Assembly: GCA_947632635.1 (NCBI GenBank)
Contig: CANRQA010000002.1
Location: 5-64,004, forward strand
DNA from: an uncultured Clostridia bacterium
GTDB lineage: Bacteria; Bacillota; Clostridia; TANB77; CAG-465
DNA length: 64,000 nt
Reading direction: 5' to 3'
Below the pieces are notes generated by a model that made no database searches, had not been told where the DNA came from, and saw only the letters and a list, made by a program, of their open reading frames with translations. The position numbers and the translations under genes were made by a program. Numbering within the stretch: the first letter of the stretch is position 1; each line of letters begins with the position of its first letter. This document shows positions 36,825-46,739 of the stretch, one piece after another.

Positions 36825-37610
36825 TTATTTTAAATTTATCTGATTAAATGGCTTAAAATTACCTAATGTGTCAATTCTACCTTTTACTGTTATTTTTATT
36901 TCCACTTCTGCGTAATTACCTTTAAAATCGTTAGCTTCTACATATATGAAGTCAGTTATTTCTTTGCCGCTTTTATCAATAAAGCCCCATTTGTTGTGAA
37001 GCTTTACTTTAGCAAACCCATTTACGAAATCTGAAGCGTCATCATATTTAATAGCAGTAATTTCTCTACCATTAGTATCCAAAAAGCCCCATTTTTTGTT
37101 AAGTTTTACTTTAGCAAATCCATTTACAAAATTTGAAACATCATCATATTTAATAGGGATAACTTCTTTACCATTAGTATCTATAATCCCAAATTTATCT
37201 TTAATATTTACTATAGCAAATCCATTTTCAAAATCATAAACATAATCATATGTAATAGGAGAGATTTCCTTTCCTTTGGTATTTATAAAACCAAATTTTC
37301 TATCAAGCATTACTATAGCAAAACCATTTTTAAAGTTATAAGCAAAATTATATTTAATAGGGGTAATTTCTTTGCAATTAGAATTTATAAAACCATATTT
37401 ATTGTTAATCTCCACTACAGCGAACCCGTTTTCAAAAAAACAAATTTCATCATATTTAATAGGAGTTACTTCTTCGACCATAGTATTAATAAAGCCGTAT
37501 TTCCCTTTTTTCCGTACTATAGCCAAATTCTCATTAACAAACCAAATAAGAGTATATCCTTTTTTACACATTTTTTCTACATTTTCATTTACAAAGCCAC
37601 TTTTAGTCAT
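36825..37610 (-). CDS. WG-repeat (PF14903/KWG-type) protein, 6 repeats
   Basis: 261 aa. Six units of ..NGFA.V..N.K(W/Y)GFI(D/N).(T/S)GKEI(T/S)PIKYD... Conserved N-terminus MTKSGFVNENVEKMCKKGY. No signal peptide. Confidence 0.85.
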   Translation of the reverse strand: MTKSGFVNENVEKMCKKGYTLIWFVNENLAIVRKKGKYGFINTMVEEVTPIKYDEICFFENGFAVVEINNKYGFINSNCKEITPIKYNFAYNFKNGFAIVMLDRKFGFINTKGKEISPITYDYVYDFENGFAIVNIKDKFGIIDTNGKEVIPIKYDDVSNFVNGFAKVKLNKKWGFLDTNGREITAIKYDDASDFVNGFAKVKLHNKWGFIDKSGKEITDFIYVEANDFKGNYAEVEIKITVKGRIDTLGNFKPFNQINLK

Positions 37611-37665
37611 GTCTTTTAGTTCCTCCTTTAAAATTATTTAAATGAATAATTTATTAATTTACTAG

Positions 37666-37694
37666 ATTATATCATCGTATTAGCCATAATGCAA
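37666..37694 (-). promoter_or_regulatory. WG cassette promoter
   Basis: Minus strand TTGCAT-17-TGaTATAAT. Confidence 0.6.
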
Positions 37695-37780
37695 GGTTTG
37701 TAAAACTTTTTTAAAATAAATATATGAGCTTTTTACAATTTTTTAGAATTAAATAACCTTGAGTATTAAAATATATAAAA

Positions 37781-37812
37781 AAGGATAATAAGCGGTTAAA
37801 CTTATTATCCTT
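37781..37812 (-). terminator. WG cassette terminator T2
   Basis: Identical hairpin. Confidence 0.8.
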
Positions 37813-37837
37813 TAAAAAAGAAAAATATTTTGTTATT

Positions 37838-38704
37838 TTAATTTAGTGGAGTAAAATTACCTAATTTGTCAATTTTACCTGTAACACTTATTTTAACTTT
37901 TGCATATTCATTTTCAAAATCGTTAGCTTCTATATATGTGAAATCAGTTATCTCATTACCACTTTCATCAATGAAGCCCCAGCAACCATTAAGTTTTGCT
38001 TTTGCAAACCCATTTATAAAATCACCAATATAATCATATTTTATAGGAGTAATTTTTTTCTCAGTAGTATCAATAACGCCCCATTTCCCATTAAGCTTTA
38101 CTTTAGCAAGCCCATTTATGAAACTTGAAACATCATCATATATAATGGAAGTAATTTCTTTGCTAGTAGTGTCAATAAAACCCCATTTGTCGTTAATGCA
38201 TACCGTAGCAAAACCGTCTTTAAAATCACAAACAAAATCATACTTTATTTCAGTAATTTCTTTGCCAGTAGTGTCAATAAAGCCCCATTTACTGTTGAGG
38301 TCAACTCTAGCAAATCCATTTTTAAAATTCCAAACTAAATCATATTTTATTTCAGTAATTTCTTTACCAGTAGTATCAATAAAACCCCATTTCTTGTTAA
38401 TGCATACTATGGCGAATCCGTTTTCAAAAGACCAAAAAACATCATATTTTATTTTTGTAATTTCTTTACCAGTAGTGTCAATAAGGCCGTATTTATTTTT
38501 AATTTTTACTATAGAAAAACCATTTTCAAAATCTGAAACACTATCATATTTAATAGGAGTTACTTCTTCGACCATAGTATTAATAAAGCCGTATTTCCCT
38601 TTTTTCCGTACTATAGCCAAATCTTCATTAGCAAACCCAATAAGAGCATATCCTTTTTTACACATCTTTTCTGCATTTTCATTTACAAAGTCATTTCTAG
38701 TCAT
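37838..38704 (-). CDS. WG-repeat protein, 7 repeats
   Basis: 288 aa. N-terminus MTRNDFVNENAEKMCKKGY; C-terminus GKIDKLGNFTPLN. Confidence 0.85.
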   Translation of the reverse strand: MTRNDFVNENAEKMCKKGYALIGFANEDLAIVRKKGKYGFINTMVEEVTPIKYDSVSDFENGFSIVKIKNKYGLIDTTGKEITKIKYDVFWSFENGFAIVCINKKWGFIDTTGKEITEIKYDLVWNFKNGFARVDLNSKWGFIDTTGKEITEIKYDFVCDFKDGFATVCINDKWGFIDTTSKEITSIIYDDVSSFINGLAKVKLNGKWGVIDTTEKKITPIKYDYIGDFINGFAKAKLNGCWGFIDESGNEITDFTYIEANDFENEYAKVKISVTGKIDKLGNFTPLN

Positions 38705-38759
38705 GTTTTTAAATCCTCCTTTAAAATTATTTAAATGAATAATTTATTTAATTTACCAG

Positions 38760-38788
38760 ATTATATCATACGAGTTTTTACAAGTCAA
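38760..38788 (-). promoter_or_regulatory. WG cassette promoter (variant -35)
   Basis: Minus strand TTGACT-17-TATAAT. Confidence 0.55.
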
Positions 38789-38837
38789 TATTATTACAAG
38801 AATTAGTGTTTACTTTATAAGTACTTTGCGTATAAAA

Positions 38838-38869
38838 AAGGATAATAGGTAAGTACACCTACTATCCTT
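38838..38869 (-). terminator. WG cassette terminator T3 (variant stem)
   Basis: AAGGATAATAGG-N8-CCTACTATCCTT plus T-run on the minus strand. Confidence 0.7.
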
Positions 38870-38903
38870 TTTGTGTAAAAGCTAATTTTTTTGTTTTAAC
38901 TAA

Positions 38904-40313
38904 CTACATTATAAAAATAGGCAAGAACCTCCCATTAGCATCAATAATGCCGGGAAATGTTACTTTAGCAAAGCCATTTACAAAATTTTCTATACTACCT
39001 AATATTGTTGGAATAATTTCTTTACCACTTTCATTAATAAAGCCATATTTATTGTTAAGCATGACTTTAGCAAAGCCATTTACAAAATCAAAAATCCTAT
39101 CATATTTTATTTCGGTAATTTCCTTACCGTCAGTATTAATAAGGCCTAATTTCCCATCAATATTAACTCTAGCAAATCCATCTTTAAAATAATAAACATG
39201 ATCATATTTAAATTTAGTTATTTCTTTACCAGTTTCATCAATAAATCCCCACTTGTTGTTAAACTTTACCCCTGCAAAGCCATTTTCAAAATTGTTAACA
39301 TCATCATATATAATAGGAGTAATTTCGTTACCACTTTCATCAATAAAACCCCATTTATTATCAATACATACCCTTGCAAATCCATTTAAAAAAATATAAA
39401 CACCATCATACTTAATTTTAGTAATTTGCTTTCCTGTCGTATCAATAAAGCTAAATTTGTTATTAGCGCGTACTATAGCAAAACCATTTACAAAATCAAA
39501 AATCCTATCATATTTAATTTCAGTAATTTCTTTGCCTGAAGTATCAATAAGGCCCCATTTGTTATTAAGGCTTCCTTCAGCAAACCCATTTTTAAAATAA
39601 GTAACCTTATCATATTTAATAGGAGTAATTTCGTTACCATTAATATCAATAAGGCCCCATTTGTTGTTAATGCATACTTGTTGAGAGAATCCATTTCTAA
39701 AATACCACCAAAAATCATCATAATCATATTTAAATTCAGTTATTTTTTTACCGGTAGTATCAATAAAGCCCCATTTGCCATTAAGCCTAACTTTAATAAC
39801 CCCATATTTAAAAGTTATTCCAGCAATATCTTCGTATATAATTTTAGTTATTTCTTCACCTTTAGTATTAATAAAACCATATTTTTCATTAAGCATTACC
39901 CATGCAATCTCACATTCAAAATTGCCAACGCACTCATATATAATAGGAGTAATTTCCTTGCCACTTTCATCAATAAAGCCCCATTTATCATCAATACATA
40001 CCCTTGCAAATCCATTTTCGAAATCGTAAACATCATCATACTTTATTTCAGTAATCTCGTTGCCATTAGTATCAATAAAACCGTATTTGACATCGCCGTT
40101 ATTGTTATAAATATTTACTCTAGCAAAACCGTTTTCAAAATTCCAAGTATCATTATACTTTATTTCAGTAATCTCGTTACCATTAGTATCAATAAAGCCG
40201 TATTTACCATTAATTTTTACTATAGCAAATCCATTTACAAAGTTACCAATAAAATGATATTTTTGTTTACAAACCTTTTCTACATTTTCGCTTACAAAGC
40301 CATTTCTAGTCAT
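38904..40313 (-). CDS. WG-repeat protein, 12 repeats
   Basis: 469 aa; the C-terminus differs from the family consensus (..GIIDANGRFLPIFIM). Confidence 0.85.
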   Translation of the reverse strand: MTRNGFVSENVEKVCKQKYHFIGNFVNGFAIVKINGKYGFIDTNGNEITEIKYNDTWNFENGFARVNIYNNNGDVKYGFIDTNGNEITEIKYDDVYDFENGFARVCIDDKWGFIDESGKEITPIIYECVGNFECEIAWVMLNEKYGFINTKGEEITKIIYEDIAGITFKYGVIKVRLNGKWGFIDTTGKKITEFKYDYDDFWWYFRNGFSQQVCINNKWGLIDINGNEITPIKYDKVTYFKNGFAEGSLNNKWGLIDTSGKEITEIKYDRIFDFVNGFAIVRANNKFSFIDTTGKQITKIKYDGVYIFLNGFARVCIDNKWGFIDESGNEITPIIYDDVNNFENGFAGVKFNNKWGFIDETGKEITKFKYDHVYYFKDGFARVNIDGKLGLINTDGKEITEIKYDRIFDFVNGFAKVMLNNKYGFINESGKEIIPTILGSIENFVNGFAKVTFPGIIDANGRFLPIFIM

Positions 40314-40369
40314 GTTTTTAAATCCTCCTTTAAAATTATTTAAATGAATAATTTATTTAAATTTACTAG

Positions 40370-40398
40370 ATTATATCATCGTATTAGTTATAATGCAA
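40370..40398 (-). promoter_or_regulatory. WG cassette promoter
   Basis: TTGCAT-17-TGaTATAAT on the minus strand. Confidence 0.6.
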
Positions 40399-40484
40399 GC
40401 TTTATAGCAGTTTTTTAATAAATATATATGAGCTTTTTGCAATTTTTTATAATTAAATAACCTTAAGTATTAAAATATATAAAA

Positions 40485-40516
40485 AAGGATAATAAGTGGT
40501 TAAACTTATTATCCTT
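40485..40516 (-). terminator. WG cassette terminator T4
   Basis: AAGGATAATAAG-TGGTTAAA-CTTATTATCCTT. Confidence 0.8.
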
Positions 40517-40538
40517 TAAAGAAAATTATTTTTTTATT

Positions 40539-41759
40539 TTAATTTAGTGGCGTAAAATTGCCTAATTTGTCAATTCTACCTTTAATACTTATTTCCACTT
40601 CTGCATATTCATTTTCAAAATCGTTAGCTTCTATATATGTGAAATCAGTTATCTCTTTACCATTAGTATCAATAAAGCCCCATCTGCCATTAAGTTTTGC
40701 TTTAGCAAAACCATTTTCGAAATTTGAGACCTCATCATATTTAATTTCAGTTATTTCCTTACCACTTTTATCAATAAAGCACCATCTGCCATTAAGTTTT
40801 GCTTTAGCAAAACCATTTACGAAATTTGAAAGCTCATCATATTTAATTTCAGTTATCTCATTACCACTAGCATTAATAAATCCACATTTATTTTTAAGTT
40901 TTACTATAGCAAATCCATTTTTAAAATCCCAAACCAAATTATATTTAATTTCAGTTATCTCGTTGCCATTGCTATCAATGAAGCCACATTTATTATCAAT
41001 ACATACCCTTGCAAATCCATTTTCAAAGTCCCAAATATAACCATATTTAATAGGAGTAATGTTATTATCGTAAATATCAATAAGGCCCCATTTGTTCTTA
41101 AGACATATTCTAGCAATTCCGTCTTGAAAATTAGAAACCTCATCATATTTAAATTTAATTATATTGTTGCCATTAGTGTCGATAAATCCCCATTTATGAT
41201 TATGATTAGCACATACCATAGCAAATCCGTTTTCAAAATCATGAGCATTAATATATTCAATTTTAGTAATCTTTTTACCAGTAGTATCAATAAAACCATA
41301 TTTGGTATCAACGCCGCCGTATTTGCCATTAATTGCTACTATAGCAAAACCGTTTTTAAAATCCCAAGCACCAGTATACTTTATTTCAGTAATCTCTTTA
41401 CCAGTAGTATCAATAAAACCATGTTTGGCATCAATGCCTCCGTATTTGCCATTAATTTCTACTCTAGCAAATCCATTTTTAAACTCATGAACATAATCAT
41501 ATTTGATTTCAGTTATCTCGTTGCCATTAGTATCAATAAAGCCACATTTGCCATTAAGTTTGACTATAGCAAAGCCATTTACAAAATCACAAACGTAATC
41601 ATATTTAATATCTGTTATTTCCTTACCACTTTCGTCAATAAAGCCCCATTTACCATTAAGTTTGACTCGAGCAAATCCATTTACAAAGTTACCAATATAA
41701 AAATATTTCCTTTCACACAATCTTTCTACATTTTCGTTTACAAAGCCACTTTCAGTCAT
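40539..41759 (-). CDS. WG-repeat protein, 10 repeats
   Basis: 406 aa. N-terminus MTESGFVNENVERLCERKY; C-terminus GRIDKLGNFTPLN. Confidence 0.85.
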   Translation of the reverse strand: MTESGFVNENVERLCERKYFYIGNFVNGFARVKLNGKWGFIDESGKEITDIKYDYVCDFVNGFAIVKLNGKCGFIDTNGNEITEIKYDYVHEFKNGFARVEINGKYGGIDAKHGFIDTTGKEITEIKYTGAWDFKNGFAIVAINGKYGGVDTKYGFIDTTGKKITKIEYINAHDFENGFAMVCANHNHKWGFIDTNGNNIIKFKYDEVSNFQDGIARICLKNKWGLIDIYDNNITPIKYGYIWDFENGFARVCIDNKCGFIDSNGNEITEIKYNLVWDFKNGFAIVKLKNKCGFINASGNEITEIKYDELSNFVNGFAKAKLNGRWCFIDKSGKEITEIKYDEVSNFENGFAKAKLNGRWGFIDTNGKEITDFTYIEANDFENEYAEVEISIKGRIDKLGNFTPLN

Positions 41760-41814
41760 GTTTTAAATCCTCCTTTAAAATTATTTATTAGATTTAAGTA
41801 AATTAATTTACTAG

Positions 41815-41843
41815 ATTATATCATTGTATTAGCCAAAATGCAA
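41815..41843 (-). promoter_or_regulatory. WG cassette promoter
   Basis: TTGCAT-17-TGaTATAAT on the minus strand. Confidence 0.6.
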
Positions 41844-41928
41844 GGCTTGTAGAGTTTTTTTATAAATATATATGTGCTTTTTGCAATTTCTTAAAATTAA
41901 ATAACCTTGAGTATTAAAATATATAAAA

Positions 41929-41960
41929 AAGGATAATAAGCGGTTAAACTTATTATCCTT
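41929..41960 (-). terminator. WG cassette terminator T5
   Basis: Identical hairpin. Confidence 0.8.
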
Positions 41961-41983
41961 TAAAGAAAATTATTTTTGTTATT

Positions 41984-42850
41984 TTAATTTAGTGGTGTAA
42001 AGTTACCTAATGTATCAATTTTACCTTTAACTTCTATTGTTACTTCAGCATATCCATTTGCAAAATTATAAGCTCTATCATATTTAGGTGGAACAATTTC
42101 CTTACCACTTTCATCAATAAAGCCGTAGTTACCATTAGTTTTTACCTTAGCAAAACCATTTACAAAGTCAAAAACCTTATCATAAATAATAGGAGTAATT
42201 TCCTTACCACTTTTATCAATAAAGCTCCATTTGTTATTAAGGCATACCATAGCAAACCCGTCAGCAAAATTACAAACCTCATCATACTTTATTTCAGTAA
42301 TTTCTTTGCCAGTAGTATCAATAAAACCGAATTTGCTGTTAATGTATACTCTAGCAAATCCATTTTTAAAATTCCAAGCATCATCATATTTTATTTCAGT
42401 AATTTCTTTGCTAGTAGTGTCAATAAAGCCGTATTTGCCGTTAATGTATACTCTAGCAAAACCGTTTTTAAAATCCCAAACATTATCATATTTTATTTCA
42501 GTAATCTCTTTGCCAGTAGTGTCAATAAAGCCGTATTTGCCATTAATTTTTACTCTAGCAAAACCATTTATAAAATCCCAAACATTATCATATTTTATTT
42601 CAGTTATCTCTTTTCCGGTAATATCGATAAAGCCCCACTTGTCATTAATGCATACCCCGGCAAAACCTTTTTTAAAATTATAAGCAAAATTATATTTAAT
42701 ATTTGATATTTCCTTACCATTTTTATCAATGAAACCCCATTTTCCATAAACAAATACTCTAGCAAATCCATCGTAAAAAATATCAATATACTTATAATTA
42801 TCTTTACACATTCTTTCTACATTTTCGTTTACAAATCCACTTTCAGTCAT
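41984..42850 (-). CDS. WG-repeat protein, 7 repeats
   Basis: 288 aa. N-terminus MTESGFVNENVERMCKDNY; C-terminus GKIDTLGNFTPLN. Confidence 0.85.
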   Translation of the reverse strand: MTESGFVNENVERMCKDNYKYIDIFYDGFARVFVYGKWGFIDKNGKEISNIKYNFAYNFKKGFAGVCINDKWGFIDITGKEITEIKYDNVWDFINGFARVKINGKYGFIDTTGKEITEIKYDNVWDFKNGFARVYINGKYGFIDTTSKEITEIKYDDAWNFKNGFARVYINSKFGFIDTTGKEITEIKYDEVCNFADGFAMVCLNNKWSFIDKSGKEITPIIYDKVFDFVNGFAKVKTNGNYGFIDESGKEIVPPKYDRAYNFANGYAEVTIEVKGKIDTLGNFTPLN

Positions 42851-42906
42851 GTTTTTAAATCCTCCTTTAAAATTATTTATTAGATTTAAGTAATTTAATT
42901 TACTAG

Positions 42907-42935
42907 ATTATATCATTGTATTAGCCAAAATGCAA
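42907..42935 (-). promoter_or_regulatory. WG cassette promoter
   Basis: TTGCAT-17-TGaTATAAT on the minus strand. Confidence 0.6.
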
Positions 42936-43022
42936 GGATTGTAGCGCTTTTTTATAAATATATATGTGCTTTTTGCAATTTTTTTAAAATTAAATAACCT
43001 TTAGTATTAAAATATATAAAAA

Positions 43023-43054
43023 AAGGATAATAAGCGGTTAAACTTATTATCCTT
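43023..43054 (-). terminator. WG cassette terminator T6
   Basis: Identical hairpin. Confidence 0.8.
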
Positions 43055-43102
43055 AAAAAAAGAGAATTATTTTTACATTTTAATTTAGTGGTGTAAAATT
43101 AT

Positions 43103-43726
43103 CTAATTTGTCAATTCTACGGAAGTGGATAATGGAAGGAACATGGAAGGCGTAAAGTTGCCTAATGTATCAATTCTACCTTTAACTTTTACTATTACTT
43201 CAGCATATCCATTTGAAAAATTATCGGCACTATAATATTTAGGTGGAATAATTTCCTTACCACTTTCATCAATAAAGCCGTATTTACCATTATTTTTTAC
43301 TATAGCAAAACCATTTGCAAAGTCAAAAACCGTATCATAAATAATAGGAGTAATTTCCTTACCACTTTCATTAATGAACCCCCATTTGCCATTAAGCATG
43401 ACTTTAGCAAAACGGTTTTTAAAGTTACAAACAGAATCATACTTTATTTCAGTTATCTCTTTTCCGGTAGTATCAATAAAACCGTAATTTTCGTTAATTT
43501 TTACTATAGCAAAATTATTTTCAAAATTCCAAGCATAATCATACTTTATTTCAGTTATCTCGTTGCCATTAGTATCAATAAACCCCCATTTTCCAACAAA
43601 GCTAGATCTGCCGCATTTGTCACATATTTTTACCGTAGAAAAACCATTTTCAAAACCGCAAATAAAATCATATTTTTTGTTACACCTTTTTTCTACAATT
43701 TCGTTTACAAAGCCATTTCTAGTCAT
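43103..43726 (-). CDS. WG-repeat protein, 4 repeats, with rearranged 3' end
   Basis: 207 aa. After GRIDTLGNFTP the ORF runs into a 30-bp insert (SMFLPLSTS) and an out-of-frame second copy of the family 3' end. Confidence 0.8.
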   Translation of the reverse strand: MTRNGFVNEIVEKRCNKKYDFICGFENGFSTVKICDKCGRSSFVGKWGFIDTNGNEITEIKYDYAWNFENNFAIVKINENYGFIDTTGKEITEIKYDSVCNFKNRFAKVMLNGKWGFINESGKEITPIIYDTVFDFANGFAIVKNNGKYGFIDESGKEIIPPKYYSADNFSNGYAEVIVKVKGRIDTLGNFTPSMFLPLSTSVELTN

Positions 43727-43782
43727 TTTTTTAAATCCTCCTTTAAAATTATTTATTAGATTTTAGTAATTTAATTTACTAG

Positions 43783-43811
43783 ATTATATCATCGTATTAG
43801 TCAAGATGCAA
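43783..43811 (-). promoter_or_regulatory. WG cassette promoter
   Basis: TTGCAT-17-TGaTATAAT on the minus strand. Confidence 0.6.
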
Positions 43812-43927
43812 GATTTATAGCACTTTTTTAAAAGAAAATTAGCTTTTTCTATTACTTTTTCATATATAAGTGATTGAGTTTTTTTTAAATAAGTGATATA
43901 ATTTTTAAGAAAAAAAGGAGATAATTA

Positions 43928-44845
43928 ATGTTTAAAGCAGGATATATAACAGTAGTAGGTAAACCTAATGCAGGAAAATCTACTTTAGTAAATAAACTTG
44001 TAGGTTTTAAAGTTGCAATTACAACGCCTAAACCACAAACTACAAGATTTAATATAAAAGGGATAGTAACATCCAAGACATCTCAAATGATATTTATAGA
44101 TACACCTGGAGTACATACACCAGAACATAAATTAGGAAAGTATATGATGAAAGGCGTACAAAATGCAATTTCAAATGTAGATTTAATCATTTATTTAATT
44201 GACGCTTCAAAGCCTAAAATGGACATGGCAAATGAAAAAATAATGCAAGATATTGTAAAAACGAAAAAAAATGTTATACTTGTAATTAATAAAGTAGATA
44301 TAGTAGAAAAAGAAAAAATACTAAAAATAATAGAAGTATATACCAATTATTTTAAAAGTATAAATGGAGAATTTAAAGAGATAATACCAATATCTGTATA
44401 TAAAAATGACGGCTTGGATATACTTATTGAAAATATAGAAAAATATTTACCAGAAGGTGAGCCTTTTTACGAGCAAGATGAAATAACAGATATAACTCAA
44501 AAAGAACTTGTAGAAGAAATCATAAGAGAAAAAGCATTAAATTCTTTACTTGAAGAAGTACCACATGGTATAAAAGTAGAAGTAGAAAAATTTAAAGAAC
44601 GTGAAAATGAAAATGGTAATTTTATATATGATATTGAAGCAAATATAATATGTAACAAAGAATCGCATAAAGGTATAATAATTGGAAAAGATGGACAATG
44701 CTTAAAAAAAATAAAAACACTTGCACTAAAAGATATAAAAGAAGCACTTGATGGTAGAGTTAATTTAAAATTATGGGTTAAGGTAAGAAAAAATTGGCAA
44801 CAAAATGAAAACTATTTAAAAGACATAAAAAATAAAATATGCTAA
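43928..44845 (+). CDS. era: GTPase Era
   Basis: G1 GKPNAGKST, G3 DTPG, G4 NKVD, C-terminal KH domain; 305 aa. Confidence 0.95.
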   Translation: MFKAGYITVVGKPNAGKSTLVNKLVGFKVAITTPKPQTTRFNIKGIVTSKTSQMIFIDTPGVHTPEHKLGKYMMKGVQNAISNVDLIIYLIDASKPKMDMANEKIMQDIVKTKKNVILVINKVDIVEKEKILKIIEVYTNYFKSINGEFKEIIPISVYKNDGLDILIENIEKYLPEGEPFYEQDEITDITQKELVEEIIREKALNSLLEEVPHGIKVEVEKFKERENENGNFIYDIEANIICNKESHKGIIIGKDGQCLKKIKTLALKDIKEALDGRVNLKLWVKVRKNWQQNENYLKDIKNKIC

Positions 44846-44919
44846 AAGTTCTTAATATTAGACAAAAAAATCTGTATAAGCTATATTAATATACATAAAC
44901 TAATATTAAGGTGATAATT

Positions 44920-45096
44920 ATGTATGAAAAAATAGCTTGGGAAAATTTCATGAAAACAGGAGATATTGAAAGTTTTTTAGAATATAAAAAAATAATGGAA
45001 CTATATAATTTTAAAGAAGTATTAGAAGAAAAAGGTGAGTTATCTAGTGAACTTGATAAAAGTAAAGGGGATAGTAATAAAGGAAGTAACATATAA
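44920..45096 (+). CDS. yqzL: YqzL-family small protein
   Basis: ATG 44920 behind AAGGTGA. W.NF..TG.IE.FL.YK motif. Conserved position between era and recO, as in Bacillus. Confidence 0.6.
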   Translation: MYEKIAWENFMKTGDIESFLEYKKIMELYNFKEVLEEKGELSSELDKSKGDSNKGSNI

Positions 45097-45763
45097 AGAA
45101 AACGATAAAATAATAACACTAATAACAGATTCTTTAGGCAAAATTTCTTGTATAGCAAGAGGTGCAAAAAAAACAAATTCACCCTTACTTGCAGGAACTC
45201 AGTATCTTGTGTATAGTGATTTTGTGTTATATAAATCAAAGAACTTTTACTATGTTAATTCTGTTGAAAGTATAAATACTTTCTATAAACTACGAGTAGA
45301 TTTTGATAAACTAGATAGTATTTTTCAAATTACCCGTATTTTAAATAGTGTAACAGATGAAAACCAAGATACAAGTGATATATTAAAATTATTTGTAAAT
45401 ACTATATACATTATAGATAAAACAGAGTCAAAAGAAAAAGTAAAAATTATAATAGCAACATTTAAAATAAAATTATTTCAGTTTTTAGGCTTTACGCCAA
45501 GAATTGATGAGTGTGTAAATTGTAGAAAAAAATTAGAAGAAGATGTATGCTACTATGACTATGTAAATAATAACTTTTATTGCTCTAATTGTTTAAATGA
45601 AGATAAGAGAAGATATATTAAATTATCTAAAGCAACGGTAACTGCAATAAAGTATGTTATATTGTCAAATGTAAATAAAATATTTTCATTTGAACTTAAA
45701 TCACCAAACGACTATATATTATTTGGACAAGTATATTGTGATTCAATGACAAATGGAATTTAA
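45035..45763 (+). CDS. recO: DNA repair protein RecO (start may be TTG 45053)
   Basis: N-terminal OB-fold-like KGIVIKEVTYKENDKIITLIT..GK. Zinc motif CVNC..C..C. Synteny era-yqzL-recO. Confidence 0.85.
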   Translation: MSYLVNLIKVKGIVIKEVTYKENDKIITLITDSLGKISCIARGAKKTNSPLLAGTQYLVYSDFVLYKSKNFYYVNSVESINTFYKLRVDFDKLDSIFQITRILNSVTDENQDTSDILKLFVNTIYIIDKTESKEKVKIIIATFKIKLFQFLGFTPRIDECVNCRKKLEEDVCYYDYVNNNFYCSNCLNEDKRRYIKLSKATVTAIKYVILSNVNKIFSFELKSPNDYILFGQVYCDSMTNGI

Positions 45764-45779
45764 GAAAGAGGGGATATGT

Positions 45780-46664
45780 ATGAATAAAAAAGTTGTTACA
45801 ATAATACTTATTATATTAGCAGTTATAGCATGTGCAGCTATTTCCTATATTATCGCAAAGACTAGTACAAAATCAAATAGTGGGGAAGTAACGCAGGAAA
45901 GTGAAGATGTAACTCAAAGTACACAAGTAGAAAATAATAATGTAGAAGCAAGTGAAGATAATTTAACAACGAATATTTATCAAAACGTTGTATTAAATAG
46001 CAAAATTGGAAATGAAATATTATCTCAAATAAATATTCCAGATATGTATTCTAAGCAAATATTTGAAGAACTTGATAAAAATGGTATTACTGATAAACTA
46101 AGAATAATGTATACTTTTGCATTAATGTCAACCGATGCAAATTATACAGATTATATGAGAGTATCAGAAGATTATATTGGAAATTATATAACAAAAGAAG
46201 ATTTAGAAAAGATAGCAAAAACTTTCTTTGCAAATACTGAGAATTTAAAACATCAAAATATATTTTCAGAAGAAATATATAATGATGAAACTGGTGTATA
46301 TGTGATAGTTGCAAAAGGTTTTGGTGGTAGTGATGTTGAATATATAATGCCAGTTCCATATAAAATAACGGAATATAATGATTATGTAGAAGTAGAACTA
46401 TATAAAGTATATATTACAAGATTTAATGATTACACTAAAATGGATGAAAATGCTTCAAAAGATGTAGTCTTTTATAACAGTAATAGGACAGAAAAAAGTG
46501 TAGAAATAAATGATGAAAGAATGTATACAAATGAGGGTAGATTAAGTGTTATTAATGAAAAAATAGAAAACGAAGAAATAGAAAAAGAAAAATTAGATAA
46601 AATAAAAATTACACTAAATAAAGAAAACGGAAAATATTTAATAAGTGATTATAAAAATATATAA
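45780..46664 (+). CDS. Membrane-anchored extracytoplasmic protein, unknown function
   Basis: ATG 45780 behind AGAGGGGA; N-terminal TM (VVTIILIILAVIACAAISYII). Confidence 0.55.
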   Translation: MNKKVVTIILIILAVIACAAISYIIAKTSTKSNSGEVTQESEDVTQSTQVENNNVEASEDNLTTNIYQNVVLNSKIGNEILSQINIPDMYSKQIFEELDKNGITDKLRIMYTFALMSTDANYTDYMRVSEDYIGNYITKEDLEKIAKTFFANTENLKHQNIFSEEIYNDETGVYVIVAKGFGGSDVEYIMPVPYKITEYNDYVEVELYKVYITRFNDYTKMDENASKDVVFYNSNRTEKSVEINDERMYTNEGRLSVINEKIENEEIEKEKLDKIKITLNKENGKYLISDYKNI

Positions 46665-46739
46665 ATATGGTAGTAAAAAATAAACAATATAGGTATGTAA
46701 ATTATTGTTAGAAATAAAAAGAGGAGGAAAAAGTAAAAA

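Noticed and set aside
38118-41801. Long plus-strand ORFs (38118-38738, 39678-40343, 40558-41040, 41124-41801 and others) overlapping the WG-repeat genes
   Set aside because: They mirror the periodicity of the minus-strand repeats. They have no SD or promoter, and their products are repetitive Ser/Pro/Ile/Leu strings. The minus strand has SDs, promoters, terminators and the recognisable WG motif.
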